64,000 bases of DNA from Naegleria gruberi (taxonomy: Eukaryota): assembly GCA_000004985.1 (NCBI GenBank), contig GG738921.1, one strand, 5' to 3'. This document shows positions 1-12,611 of this stretch, in pieces. Position numbers and translations under genes: made by a program. The notes beneath the pieces are model-generated. The model was not told the DNA's origin. It saw only the letters and a program-made list of their open reading frames with translations, and did no database searches. Numbering within the stretch: the first letter of the stretch is position 1; each line of letters opens with the position of its first letter.

Positions 1-439
1 TTTAAATGATAAGAGTGAGATAGAGATTAACAAGAATATTTCATCAAATTCATTTGGTTATTGTCATCAAAGTGATCGAAATGGTTCAATGAGACACAAC
101 ACCATAGTTATTATTGTTTAATGGTTAGATACTTGATGGTGGTTAGATCTTTTTCAAAGTTTAAAAAATTGTCCATCCTTCTTTCCATTCATCATATCAT
201 TCATCACACAATATATTCATTCAATATTGAGTGAGGAATAATAATATTATTTAATAAAACGAGTGAGGACATATATATAAACTACTTGTGTAAATAACAA
301 TCAACAACAACAACAATAACAACAACAATAATTAAACAACGGAATTTCATAATAGTTTATTATTAAATAATAATAGTATTATAGTTACTCATCAACAACA
401 ATAAATCTTCATCATTTCCATTCATTCATCATATATAAT

Positions 440-3400
440 ATGAATTTTAATATTAATTTTAATATTAATGATTTACAAATATTATTAAATGCATCAAAAA
501 GTGAAGATGAAGAACAATATAAAATAGCCTATGATCAATATATTCAATTTGCATCTTTATTTATACAATTAAGAAATCAATGTATGTTTTTTTTAATATA
601 TATTATAATAATAACATTAATATAATATTAATAATAATTTAATAATATATAGTACAAAATAATAATGAATTAAATCAACAACAAAAACAAGATTTACATT
701 TTCAAATAACACAAATATTAAATTTTTCAATTAGTAGAGCTGAATTTTTAGAAAAACGTTTAAAATCTTCATTAAATAATTTAAATAATAATAATGGAAC
801 AATAACATTATCTAAACCAATTGCACTTCATTATTTATTTCATTTTTGTGATTGTACAGCTGAATTATTAATAATATTAAATAGAATTAATGATGCAACT
901 AAATATTATGCACAAGCTGCTGAATATGGATTAGAATTAATTAGTAAATGTATGTTATTTAATATATTTAATTTAATATATTTAATTTAATATTTAATAT
1001 AAATAGATAAAGTACCATTTCAATCAGAAGTAAAGAATGTACTTTCAAAAGCAGAATCATTAAAATCATCACCATCAACAACAACACCTACTACTACTGT
1101 AAATTCATTACAACAACAATTTAATAATTTACATTTATTTACCAATCCAATTTCATCATTAAATAATAATAATACTCCAACTCCTACTACTACTAACCGA
1201 TCATCACCATTATTAAATAATAATCAACAACAACAACAAAGATTATCACCTATTATATTACATCATCATCTAATAATAATAATAATAATAATTTAAATAG
1301 ACCATTATCAATATCTCCAACAAGTAATCTTCCATCTTCATATTCACCAACATCACCTAATAAATATAATCATCACCATCACCATCATCATCGTAATTCA
1401 TCATCAAATAATTCATCATCAAATAATTCTAATTCTAATAATAATAGTATTGATATTGATAATTTTAATTTTAGTTCATTAATAATACCATCTACACCAT
1501 TAACACCTATTACACCATCAAGTGCATCATCTGTATCATCTGTTTTATCTTCTAATAATAATAATTCATCAATTAATCATTCATTAAATACATCATCTCC
1601 ATTTGAAAGATCATTAATAAGTACAACTGTTAATGGTGCTGTTATTAATCAACAACAACAACTATCTAATAATAATTCATCATCTATATCATCATCATCT
1701 ATATTAAATAATAACAATCAAACAAATAAGATTAAACCAATAACAGATGAAGAAATTCAAGTATTAAAATATTCAAGTGTAATGCAATCAGGATTATTAT
1801 TATATCCATGGAATGATGAATTAGATTTAAATGAAAATTTTACATTTTCACAACCATTTATAGATCAACAATTTAATAATGTTTTATCAAAAGAACAATT
1901 ATCTAAATTATATAAATGGTTAAGACCACATGAAATTATTGAAATGAAATTAAATCAATTAAATAATAATAATAATTTAAATCAATCTAATGAAATTAAT
2001 CAATCTAATGAAATTAATCAATTAAATAATAATAATAATTTAAATCAATCTAATAATCAATTAAATAATTTAAATCAATTAAATAATAATTTAAATCAAT
2101 CTAATCAATTAAATAATTTAAATAAATTAAATATATATCCAACATTAATATATCAAGATGAAATTAATGAAGAGAATATAGTACAATCACATGTAGTAAC
2201 AGATTGTTCATTTGTAGCAAGTTTATGTGTAGCAGCATTATATGAAAGAAAATATAAAAAGAAATTAATTACAAATTCAATTTATCCACAAGATCCAATA
2301 ACAGGTAAACCATTTTATAATCCACATGGTAAATATTCTATTAAAATATATTTTAATGGTGTTGCTAGAAAAGTTATCATTGATGATAAATTACCTGTTG
2401 ATATAAATGGTAATTTATTATGTTCTTATTCTACTAAAATGGAAGAATTTTGGATTAGTTTAATGGAAAAAGCATATATGAAAGTAAATGGTGGTTATCA
2501 ATTTCCAGGTTCAAATTCAGGTATTGATTTATATGCTTTAACTGGTTGGATACCTGAAGAAGTTAAAATTATTTTAAATAATAATAATAATACTTCTATA
2601 AATGGTAATAATAATACTTCTTCTATAAATGGTAATAATAATAATAATAATACATGTAAATCACCCAATATGATGATGATGAATAATGGAACACAACAAT
2701 ATCCTATTAATAATCAACAACAAGTAAATACATTTGATAAAGAATTATTATGGAAAAGAATGCATGATGGATTTCAATTAGGTAAATGTTTAATTACCAT
2801 ATCAACTGGTCATTTAGATAAACAAACTGAAGAATTAGTTGGATTATATGCTAATCATGCTTATGCTATTTTAGATGTTAGAGAAATTAAATTAAATACT
2901 TCACCTATTACTATTAATAATACTAATACTAATACTACTATTAATAATAATAATAGTACTAGTAATACTTTAAATATGAATATTAATAATAATTTTAATA
3001 ATTTTAATAATAATTTAAATAATAATAATTTTAATAACAATTTAAATAATTTAAATAATAATAATATAAAAAGATTAATTAAAGTTAAAAATCCATGGAC
3101 TAAAAAAGGATGGAAAGGACCCTATTCACCCTATGATAAACAAATATGGACAGATAAATTAAAAAAAGAATTAGAATATGATGCAAGTATTTCTCATCAA
3201 GAAGATAATGGTATATTTTGGATGAATTATGAAAGTTTATTAAAATATTTTCAAACTGTTCATTTTTCATGGAATCCAGATTTATTTCCATATAGAGAAA
3301 TAAGACATTCATTATGGGATAATAGAATGATAAGTTTAGATGGTACAGATCATTATACAATGAATGGTAATCCACAATTTAGATTAAAATTACATGGTAA

Positions 3401-4064
3401 AGGAAGTGTATGGATAATGTTAACTAAACATTATACTTCATTAGAAGAAAGAGATCGTGATTATTTAACATTTCATATACATAGAGGTAGTTCTTCTTCT
3501 ATTGGTGATACTACTGTTTTTAAACAAGGTATGGATAGAGTTTTTTATAATGAAAATACTCTCATTCATAAAGGAAGATATTCAAATGATCCACATTATA
3601 GAATTTGTTTAAATTCAGATGATTCTAAAAATAGAAAGAAATCTATTAATTTAAATTCAAATTTAAATTTAAATTCATCATCAAATAATTCATATAATTC
3701 ATCAAATAATTCATCAAATAATTCAAATGATGATTCAAATGATCAATTATCAATATTTAGAATAGTATTATCACAACATGGAATGATACAAAGTATTAGA
3801 TATTCATTATTTTGTTATTCAAGTGTACCATGTAGTTTAGAACCCATTCCACAAACATATAAATATTATAGAAATGTTAGAGATTCATGGACAAGTAATA
3901 CATGTGGTGGTAGTTGTAATCAAATTAATACTTTTAGATTAAATCCACAATATTTAATTTCATTACCAAATACAAATAATATTAATAATATTAATAATAT
4001 TAATCATCATCATTCTCATCATGTAATAATAGAAGTAATAGTCCACATACAACATTATTTGATA
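440..4064 (+). CDS. Calpain-7/PalB-like cysteine protease with N-terminal MIT-like region; multi-exon, 3' end lost in assembly gap
   Basis: Exon 1 is 440..581 (MNFNINF...LRNQ), followed by a GTATGT..ATAG intron at 582..652. Exon 2 is 653..949 and contains an MIT-like stretch (ATKYYAQAAEYGLELISK). A second intron lies at 950..1006. The large ORF body carries calpain catalytic-core motifs: DCSFVASL (Cys), ANHAYAIL (His) and NPWTKKGWKGPYS (Asn). The reading frame switches between about 1221 and 1294 with no GT available, so there is a frameshift inside an (AAT)n/(CAA)n tract. The ORF then runs into N's at 4065. Confidence 0.65.
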
Positions 4065-6358
4065 NNNNNNNNNNNNNNNNNNNNNNNNNNNNNNNNNNNN
4101 NNNNNNNNNNNNNNNNNNNNNNNNNNNNNNNNNNNNNNNNNNNNNNNNNNNNNNNNNNNNNNNNNNNNNNNNNNNNNNNNNNNNNNNNNNNNNNNNNNNN
4201 NNNNNNNNNNNNNNNNNNNNNNNNNNNNNNNNNNNNNNNNNNNNNNNNNNNNNNNNNNNNNNNNNNNNNNNNNNNNNNNNNNNNNNNNNNNNNNNNNNNN
4301 NNNNNNNNNNNNNNNNNNNNNNNNNNNNNNNNNNNNNNNNNNNNNNNNNNNNNNNNNNNNNNNNNNNNNNNNNNNNNNNNNNNNNNNNNNNNNNNNNNNN
4401 NNNNNNNNNNNNNNNNNNNNNNNNNNNNNNNNNNNNNNNNNNNNNNNNNNNNNNNNNNNNNNNNNNNNNNNNNNNNNNNNNNNNNNNNNNNNNNNNNNNN
4501 NNNNNNNNNNNNNNNNNNNNNNNNNNNNNNNNNNNNNNNNNNNNNNNNNNNNNNNNNNNNNNNNNNNNNNNNNNNNNNNNNNNNNNNNNNNNNNNNNNNN
4601 NNNNNNNNNNNNNNNNNNNNNNNNNNNNNNNNNNNNNNNNNNNNNNNNNNNNNNNNNNNNNNNNNNNNNNNNNNNNNNNNNNNNNNNNNNNNNNNNNNNN
4701 NNNNNNNNNNNNNNNNNNNNNNNNNNNNNNNNNNNNNNNNNNNNNNNNNNNNNNNNNNNNNNNNNNNNNNNNNNNNNNNNNNNNNNNNNNNNNNNNNNNN
4801 NNNNNNNNNNNNNNNNNNNNNNNNNNNNNNNNNNNNNNNNNNNNNNNNNNNNNNNNNNNNNNNNNNNNNNNNNNNNNNNNNNNNNNNNNNNNNNNNNNNN
4901 NNNNNNNNNNNNNNNNNNNNNNNNNNNNNNNNNNNNNNNNNNNNNNNNNNNNNNNNNNNNNNNNNNNNNNNNNNNNNNNNNNNNNNNNNNNNNNNNNNNN
5001 NNNNNNNNNNNNNNNNNNNNNNNNNNNNNNNNNNNNNNNNNNNNNNNNNNNNNNNNNNNNNNNNNNNNNNNNNNNNNNNNNNNNNNNNNNNNNNNNNNNN
5101 NNNNNNNNNNNNNNNNNNNNNNNNNNNNNNNNNNNNNNNNNNNNNNNNNNNNNNNNNNNNNNNNNNNNNNNNNNNNNNNNNNNNNNNNNNNNNNNNNNNN
5201 NNNNNNNNNNNNNNNNNNNNNNNNNNNNNNNNNNNNNNNNNNNNNNNNNNNNNNNNNNNNNNNNNNNNNNNNNNNNNNNNNNNNNNNNNNNNNNNNNNNN
5301 NNNNNNNNNNNNNNNNNNNNNNNNNNNNNNNNNNNNNNNNNNNNNNNNNNNNNNNNNNNNNNNNNNNNNNNNNNNNNNNNNNNNNNNNNNNNNNNNNNNN
5401 NNNNNNNNNNNNNNNNNNNNNNNNNNNNNNNNNNNNNNNNNNNNNNNNNNNNNNNNNNNNNNNNNNNNNNNNNNNNNNNNNNNNNNNNNNNNNNNNNNNN
5501 NNNNNNNNNNNNNNNNNNNNNNNNNNNNNNNNNNNNNNNNNNNNNNNNNNNNNNNNNNNNNNNNNNNNNNNNNNNNNNNNNNNNNNNNNNNNNNNNNNNN
5601 NNNNNNNNNNNNNNNNNNNNNNNNNNNNNNNNNNNNNNNNNNNNNNNNNNNNNNNNNNNNNNNNNNNNNNNNNNNNNNNNNNNNNNNNNNNNNNNNNNNN
5701 NNNNNNNNNNNNNNNNNNNNNNNNNNNNNNNNNNNNNNNNNNNNNNNNNNNNNNNNNNNNNNNNNNNNNNNNNNNNNNNNNNNNNNNNNNNNNNNNNNNN
5801 NNNNNNNNNNNNNNNNNNNNNNNNNNNNNNNNNNNNNNNNNNNNNNNNNNNNNNNNNNNNNNNNNNNNNNNNNNNNNNNNNNNNNNNNNNNNNNNNNNNN
5901 NNNNNNNNNNNNNNNNNNNNNNNNNNNNNNNNNNNNNNNNNNNNNNNNNNNNNNNNNNNNNNNNNNNNNNNNNNNNNNNNNNNNNNNNNNNNNNNNNNNN
6001 NNNNNNNNNNNNNNNNNNNNNNNNNNNNNNNNNNNNNNNNNNNNNNNNNNNNNNNNNNNNNNNNNNNNNNNNNNNNNNNNNNNNNNNNNNNNNNNNNNNN
6101 NNNNNNNNNNNNNNNNNNNNNNNNNNNNNNNNNNNNNNNNNNNNNNNNNNNNNNNNNNNNNNNNNNNNNNNNNNNNNNNNNNNNNNNNNNNNNNNNNNNN
6201 NNNNNNNNNNNNNNNNNNNNNNNNNNNNNNNNNNNNNNNNNNNNNNNNNNNNNNNNNNNNNNNNNNNNNNNNNNNNNNNNNNNNNNNNNNNNNNNNNNNN
6301 NNNNNNNNNNNNNNNNNNNNNNNNNNNNNNNNNNNNNNNNNNNNNNNNNNNNNNNNNN
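4065..6358. other. Assembly gap (N run, ~2.3 kb)
   Basis: Uninterrupted n characters. Confidence 0.99.
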
Positions 6359-6360
6359 TA

Positions 6361-8015
6361 TTATTCTTCCTTATTCTTTCGTATTTGTTGAAATTGTTTA
6401 CCTGATGTTATTGAATTATTATTTGTATTAATAGTAGCTGTTACATTTGAAAGACTTGAATTAAGTGTGGAGGATGATGATGACATATTAAGACCTGTAG
6501 ATGATGTTACTGCCATCTTACCACTGGTGGGTGGTGTTGGTAGTGGTGGTTTTAAGAGATTTAGAATGATGATGATGATGGCTAAATGTACTACCACTCA
6601 TTATACTTGTATTATTAAGATTTGGAATACTTATATTAATAGTATTGGTATTATTTGTATTTGAATTGGTCATTATAGTTGAATTTAATCTTGTAAATGA
6701 CATATCTTCCTCACCATTATCATCATTTATATTATTGTGATTGAATGTACTAGTAGTGATCATATTACTTGCCAATTTAGATTCATTATTATTTACATAT
6801 ATAGATTCTCTTATAGGTTTAATTGGTGAAGTATTATCCTTATTTAAAAATGCTATTGAATTATTAAGATTTAAATTACTACTATTACTATTATTTGAAA
6901 ATAGTGATTTTGTAACTAGAAGTGAAGTTTTTGAATCATTCTTTTGTGTTGGTTGTTTTTCATTCAATCTCTTAAATCTATCTGCCAATGTTAAAGGATT
7001 TGATAAAATACTATTGGTAATATCACTTTTAATTATACTTGGTCTGGAATTGAGAGTATTACTCAAACCAATAGTAGTGGTATTAGTATTTGTTTTTGAT
7101 AGTGATGATGATGAGATATTGTTATTAATTGTATTCATTGGATTATTAATGGCTGATGAAAATGAATTATCATTAGATTGTTGAACTGATTTTCCATGAT
7201 TCATTTTCATTCTCTTTCTTGAAGCAATTAAATCATCATTCTCTTCCTCTTCATCATCACTCGAATCAAATATTGACTTGTTATTATTATTATTACTGGT
7301 AATTGTAGCACTACTATTATTTAAACTATTTGATGAATTACTAAATAAATTACTAGCTATGGCACTTCTTTCTTGTTCTGAAAGTGGTTTCCATGATGTA
7401 ATAGGCTTAATACCATTAGATTTTTGATAGAGTGAAGATCTTGAGAGGTAATCAAATTGTTGAGGTTGAGGTTGGATTATGAGATGAAGTAAGGTCATGA
7501 ATTTGATGATCATCTTGATCCATTGAAGAAGATGGTACATCCAAATTCTTTCTAACAGAGGAAGGTGAAAGTTCTCTCTTAAATCCACCCAATGATATTT
7601 TGTAATTATTTAATAGTGATAAGGTTGATGATGAAATATTGTGATGAGAATTTTCCTTCATTGTTGCTGGTAATGTTGATGACCAAGATGATGAATTTCT
7701 TATTGTGGTAGTGGTGGTGGTAGGTACAGAGGAAGAAGGAATGGAAGACATTGCAATAGGTTCCTTGATTCCATTTCCTCTAATGAATGATGTTGTAGAA
7801 GTTGATGGTCGACTCGAATAAAGGCTTGTTATTGATGATGATGAATTAGTGATGGTGCTCGGTATATTAGTTTTTTGTACATTGATTGAAGAGAGAGTTG
7901 AGGAATTTAATATTGTGTTATTGTTATTATTAATAGTATTGGTATTAGTAGTATTCTTCTTTGCAAACAAGTGTTGATACTTTTCGCTTAACGACATGCC
8001 CTCATGTTGAGACAT
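6361..8015 (-). CDS. Ser/Thr/Asn-rich low-complexity hypothetical protein; coding signal spread over three frames (apparent frameshifts or 3' intron into gap)
   Basis: There is an ATG at 8015 with an AT-rich leader. Minus-strand ORFs 7452..8015, 6518..7588 and 6361..6597 all have S/T/N-rich protein-like composition but sit in different frames. The 7455-7470 junction offers no GT..AG. The only GTAAG on this strand lies at about 6525, next to the stop at 6518 (CAGTG|GTAAGA). Confidence 0.4.
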
Positions 8016-8075
8016 TTTTTTAAAAAATTTAACAATTCAAACAGAAAATTTTAGCGGGAAAGTTTGATAAAAAAA

Positions 8076-9527
8076 ATGTTCAAAAGCCTTCTTCAACGTT
8101 CCTTCAATCTTCCCCATCACCACCGACATGAAGCCTTCGCAACAGCAACTAGCAAGCTATCCACTTCATTTATTGAAAAACAAAATCCATATTATTTATT
8201 AATTAAATCACAAACAAGCAACCAACAACAATATATTTTCGGAAATGAATTTTCTCAATCTATTAATCCATCCTCCTCATCATCATACACCTCTAAACAA
8301 CATCAACATGTAGGACATCAAAATTGTTCATCCATTAATAAATCAACAACACCAATAGATGAAAAAGAAGAAGAAGCACCAATTATTAAAATTCAAAAAT
8401 TACAAAAGGCTAATACAAGTAAAACCAATGTAGAACAATCAACAATTAATGTTGCATCACAAATAATGTTCGATTCTGTTGATATTACAAAAACATCAAA
8501 AGAAGAATTTCAAACCATCATGACAACATTGAGAAATCATTTAAAAACTATTAATCCTGAACAATATTCAATTGCATTACTTCAAAAAGATGAAATACAA
8601 GTTAATATATTAACAATATTATTTTGTTTAAATGCAGAATTAGCAACTATAAAGGATTTTACAAAAACACCATCAACAGGTTTATTACGTTTATCATGGT
8701 GGAAAGATCAAGTTAAGAATGCACTTGTTGGTTTACCTCCAAGAGTACCTGTTTTAATGGCTCTCTCTTTTATGCAAGTTAATTATTTTAATAAGGGTTT
8801 TACTTGTTTGAATGATAATTATCAACAAGAACAAGAACAATCTAATATTAATACTTCTACTACTTCTAATACTACTGGTTCAACTTCAACTACTTCAACT
8901 CAAAATAATAATTCATTGAAATTTTCACATTTAAGAAATATATTTAAATGGAGAGAAGTTGATTTGAAATGGAAACAACCAGCAACATTGGCAGATATTG
9001 AAAGTTATTCAGAAGGAGTATATTCAACATTAATAATGTCACATTTACAATGTAGTAAATATAGAGATGTACATACAGATCATGTTGCATCACATTTAGG
9101 TAGATCATATGGTATTTGTACATTATTGAGATCTGTTCCTCATTTATCTGAACATCAATCAACTTATTTACCTGCTCAATTATGTGCTAAATATGGAATA
9201 ACAGAAGATGATATTTACAAACATCAAAATTCACATGAATTGGAAGAAGTTGTTTTTAAAGTTGCTGACTTGGCAAAATCTCATTTAGATTTAGCAAGAG
9301 AATTAGCAGATTTGAAAGATGAAAAAACAAACAAATTACTTGTCAATCCAAAGGCCTATCCTTTATTTATGACATCAATAGTTTGTGAAGTTTTCTTGGA
9401 AAAACTTGAAAAGGTTAATTTTAATATTTTTCATCCTTCTATTGGAGCTCAACAATTGAGATTTCAATTCTATTTAGACTTGGAAAAACAAGTTGGTTCG
9501 GAAAGTATTAAATTATTTTCAACTTGA
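8076..9527 (+). CDS. NDUFAF6-like protein (squalene/phytoene-synthase fold, mitochondrial complex I assembly factor 6)
   Basis: Three blocks are collinear with NDUFAF6 as I remember it: GLLRLSWWKDQV, VHTDHVASHLGRSYGICTLLRSVP and FNIFHPSIGAQQLRFQFYL. The protein is 483 aa from ATG 8076. Confidence 0.7.
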   Translation: MFKSLLQRSFNLPHHHRHEAFATATSKLSTSFIEKQNPYYLLIKSQTSNQQQYIFGNEFSQSINPSSSSSYTSKQHQHVGHQNCSSINKSTTPIDEKEEEAPIIKIQKLQKANTSKTNVEQSTINVASQIMFDSVDITKTSKEEFQTIMTTLRNHLKTINPEQYSIALLQKDEIQVNILTILFCLNAELATIKDFTKTPSTGLLRLSWWKDQVKNALVGLPPRVPVLMALSFMQVNYFNKGFTCLNDNYQQEQEQSNINTSTTSNTTGSTSTTSTQNNNSLKFSHLRNIFKWREVDLKWKQPATLADIESYSEGVYSTLIMSHLQCSKYRDVHTDHVASHLGRSYGICTLLRSVPHLSEHQSTYLPAQLCAKYGITEDDIYKHQNSHELEEVVFKVADLAKSHLDLARELADLKDEKTNKLLVNPKAYPLFMTSIVCEVFLEKLEKVNFNIFHPSIGAQQLRFQFYLDLEKQVGSESIKLFST

Positions 9528-9576
9528 ATTACTATTTCCTTTTTTTTCTTATTTCTATTTTTCATTAATGTTCTTA

Positions 9577-10002
9577 TTAATTGGTTGTTGTTGTTGTTTT
9601 GTCAGCATCATCATTATTACTAGCATCAGCATCATCATGATCATCTTCAACTAGATATGAATAACGTTTTGGTAATCTATCTTGTTGTTTTAAATAAGTT
9701 AAATATGAATCTCTCCAAATCCAAGGCATTTGATCCATATTAACATAAACATTTCTAGCTCTAACTTCTAAACGTTTCTTTGCTTCATCATCCATTAAAA
9801 ATTTAGCTTTAAAACACCAACGGAATGTTTCCCATTCTTCTAAACATGGTCTAATTTGTCCTAATTCATAAAAATTTGATAAATTGCTTCTTCTACATTC
9901 TTGATAAATATCGAAATGATCCAAACAATTCATCATATTCTTTTCCCGATAAAATTTTGATGAAGGAATTGCTTTGTATCTGGTATCAAACGGATTATTC
10001 AT
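9577..10002 (-). CDS. Twin Cx9C (CHCH-like) small protein, UPF0545/C22orf39-like
   Basis: CLDHFDIYQEC and CLEEWETFRWC are both exact Cx9C motifs. They are followed by a charged helix (EAKKRLEVRARN). The protein is 141 aa. Confidence 0.55.
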   Translation of the reverse strand: MNNPFDTRYKAIPSSKFYREKNMMNCLDHFDIYQECRRSNLSNFYELGQIRPCLEEWETFRWCFKAKFLMDDEAKKRLEVRARNVYVNMDQMPWIWRDSYLTYLKQQDRLPKRYSYLVEDDHDDADASNNDDADKTTTTTN

Positions 10003-10115
10003 TTTTTTAACTTTGATTTTTTAATGAGTTTGTGTGAAATTACAAATTGAGCTGAACACAAGATACCAATGATGAATAAAATTGGGTTACAATATAAACA
10101 ATGTTTAATCTCGAA

Positions 10116-11612
10116 TTAAATGTTAATTTGCTTTTGCAAACGATTTCTTTGAATCCAATTTTGGAATGCAGAATAAGCAATATCCAACTTGTTAACATCT
10201 CTAACAAATACTCTAACATATTTTTCAATGAATTGAGATGGAATTAAATAGGAAACTTGTTCTCTTGCAATTTTGAATGATTCATCACTGCCATTCTTAT
10301 AGAAAAGACATTGATCAACAGGATTCTTATCTTTCAATGCATAGTTAATAGCCATGTTATGAATAATAATATCACTTGGTAAAAGTTCACCATCACCATT
10401 ATGACATGAAGTAATATCAATCTCTTCTAATGATTCAAATTCCTTATGTCTATCAATAGGTAAAATAATTTCATCAACAAATTTGTAAAGTTGTCTTCTC
10501 TTAATTCTCTTTAAAAGTTGTCTTGATTTTTCCAATTCTGGAGCATCTGATGATTCAATACGATATAAAATAGAATCACTGAGATGAACATATTGTTCTG
10601 GATGATTAATCATTTCTGAAATCTTTAAATATGGGTCTGCTTCAACCAGAGCATCAGTAATCATATATTCTACAGATTTACCAACACGATGAGTATAAAC
10701 TTGTTTGTGTAAATTATATCTGGTATGGAACATTTCATACAAATTGTAAACTTCCTTAGATGAGAAACAAATTTCACCACCAATAACTCTACTGAATTCC
10801 ATTAATCTACTACTATCGTAAGATGAAATTAAACCCAAGTTTTGACAGTCACGTGTTAAATAATCAAACTTATCTACATCTACAGAGTTGAATTTGTTGG
10901 CAACAATTTGATACAAATATTGTCTTTCTTCTGATCTTTCTGAATTAGAAATTCTACCATCAATCATATCAAATACCATTTGTTTTTCTCTTTTTTGGAA
11001 ATCTAAAAGTGAAATACCATCATAATCATAAAAATGATTTGGTTCAAAACACCCTTCTGAATATGTTGCTGTTTGTGGAGTATTTACAAAGTCATTCGGT
11101 TTTTCATGTAATAATTGAACCAAGTCATCATTCTTTGTCCTACCATGAATATCATTGGTGGTTTCTTCTAACATGTATTCAAACATTGTTTTACTTCCTT
11201 GCTCATGAGTCCAACCATTCTTTCTTTCTTCTGGAGTTCTATAATTTAATGCTCTTGGAATAAATTCATTATCAAATACGTGACTAAATGGACCATGTCC
11301 TAAATCATGACACAAGGCAGCAACTTGTAAAATGTACATGTCTGCAAAGTTTGGTTTGTTATGTTCTTTCATTGAGCCAATATGATAGAATTTATCAATC
11401 CATCTCTTTGATAAATGTGCAACACCTAAACAATGTTCAAATCTATTATGTGATGCACCTGGAAAGACGTGATAACAACTTCCTAATTGTTTCAAATCTC
11501 TCAGCCTTTGGAATGATTCAGTATCAATAACTTGTTTACAAATACCAGAAATGAATGCAATTTGTCCATGAATTTCATCCTTGAAAATACGTTCTCTAGT
11601 ACAACGATCCAT
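10116..11612 (-). CDS. SAMHD1-like HD-domain dNTP triphosphohydrolase
   Basis: HD-domain signature blocks are present: DEIHGQIAF, FQRLRDLKQLG, FPGASHNRFEHCLGV and LCHDLGHGPFSH. A possible 5' exon lies upstream (acceptor-like ..CCCATTCAG near 11660), next to the gap at 11710. Confidence 0.8.
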   Translation of the reverse strand: MDRCTRERIFKDEIHGQIAFISGICKQVIDTESFQRLRDLKQLGSCYHVFPGASHNRFEHCLGVAHLSKRWIDKFYHIGSMKEHNKPNFADMYILQVAALCHDLGHGPFSHVFDNEFIPRALNYRTPEERKNGWTHEQGSKTMFEYMLEETTNDIHGRTKNDDLVQLLHEKPNDFVNTPQTATYSEGCFEPNHFYDYDGISLLDFQKREKQMVFDMIDGRISNSERSEERQYLYQIVANKFNSVDVDKFDYLTRDCQNLGLISSYDSSRLMEFSRVIGGEICFSSKEVYNLYEMFHTRYNLHKQVYTHRVGKSVEYMITDALVEADPYLKISEMINHPEQYVHLSDSILYRIESSDAPELEKSRQLLKRIKRRQLYKFVDEIILPIDRHKEFESLEEIDITSCHNGDGELLPSDIIIHNMAINYALKDKNPVDQCLFYKNGSDESFKIAREQVSYLIPSQFIEKYVRVFVRDVNKLDIAYSAFQNWIQRNRLQKQINI

Positions 11613-11709
11613 TGAGGTACTACTCTTTGGTCTATCAAAATATTCTGAATGGGTTGGAGAAATAAAAGTAGAATTATAGGGTGGTGTTAATTGATGATGA
11701 TGATGTGGT

Positions 11710-11831
11710 NNNNNNNNNNNNNNNNNNNNNNNNNNNNNNNNNNNNNNNNNNNNNNNNNNNNNNNNNNNNNNNNNNNNNNNNNNNNNNNNNNNNNNNNNNN
11801 NNNNNNNNNNNNNNNNNNNNNNNNNNNNNNN
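11710..11831. other. Assembly gap
   Basis: N run. Confidence 0.99.
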
Positions 11832-12611
11832 TAAATTTACTTTGCGATGATTACATAACGAAAGTTATATTCCTATGGTGCTGAAAACCAGAATTGTTGA
11901 AAACTTTATTTACTGGATGAGAAAGTAATTATAATAATAATATTGAACATCTTTTTAAAGATGAAGAAGATGGTAAGATGCCAAACTGCCAACATTGAAG
12001 GCTAATGCTTCATAGGTAGATTATATATGTTTTACATCAACTGAAAAAACAAAACAACACAAATTTTTCTTTACTCAAATTTAAAAATTATTCTAGAAAT
12101 GGCCAAAATCTTGGAGGGAACAATGGAGTAGAATTTCAGGTGCAATATTAACTTCCCTTAGTAATAGGTATTTTATTCAATACTGAGGGTAAAGTCATTG
12201 GAATCCATCATTGTGAATATTGGATTCCATTGCATCACCTTGAACATGTTGAATTAAACAACAACCAAAATGCCTTGACAAAATTGAATATATCAAATAG
12301 TCCTCGTACAAGAGAGCAATACTATTGAAAAATTCTTGATGTAACTTGTCGATGTTTATCTCACTTTGAAGAATCAAAAGAGATAATTCAATAAAAGGAC
12401 GACACATTTTACTAATTAACACTTTATGAATATTCATAATATCGGTTTATTATAGGTACCAAACAGTACTATGTGTTCTCTATGAACTTGTCTTCACCTT
12501 AATTAAAAATACTTTATCTCGCAAACAATTAAACTACTAAAGCCTTTAAATAAGAAAAAAACCCACAACACCTTAGTGTAATTATAACTCTCCCTATCGG
12601 TATATAACACA

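Noticed and set aside
3100-3375. Minus-strand 91-aa ORF inside the calpain gene
   Set aside because: It is an antisense shadow ORF of AT-rich, N-codon-rich coding sequence.
12195-12437. 80-aa minus ORF between the SAMHD1-like and thioredoxin genes, considered as a SAM-domain 5' exon of SAMHD1
   Set aside because: It has no SAM-domain signature and no supported splice connection. Gap 11710..11831 prevents testing.
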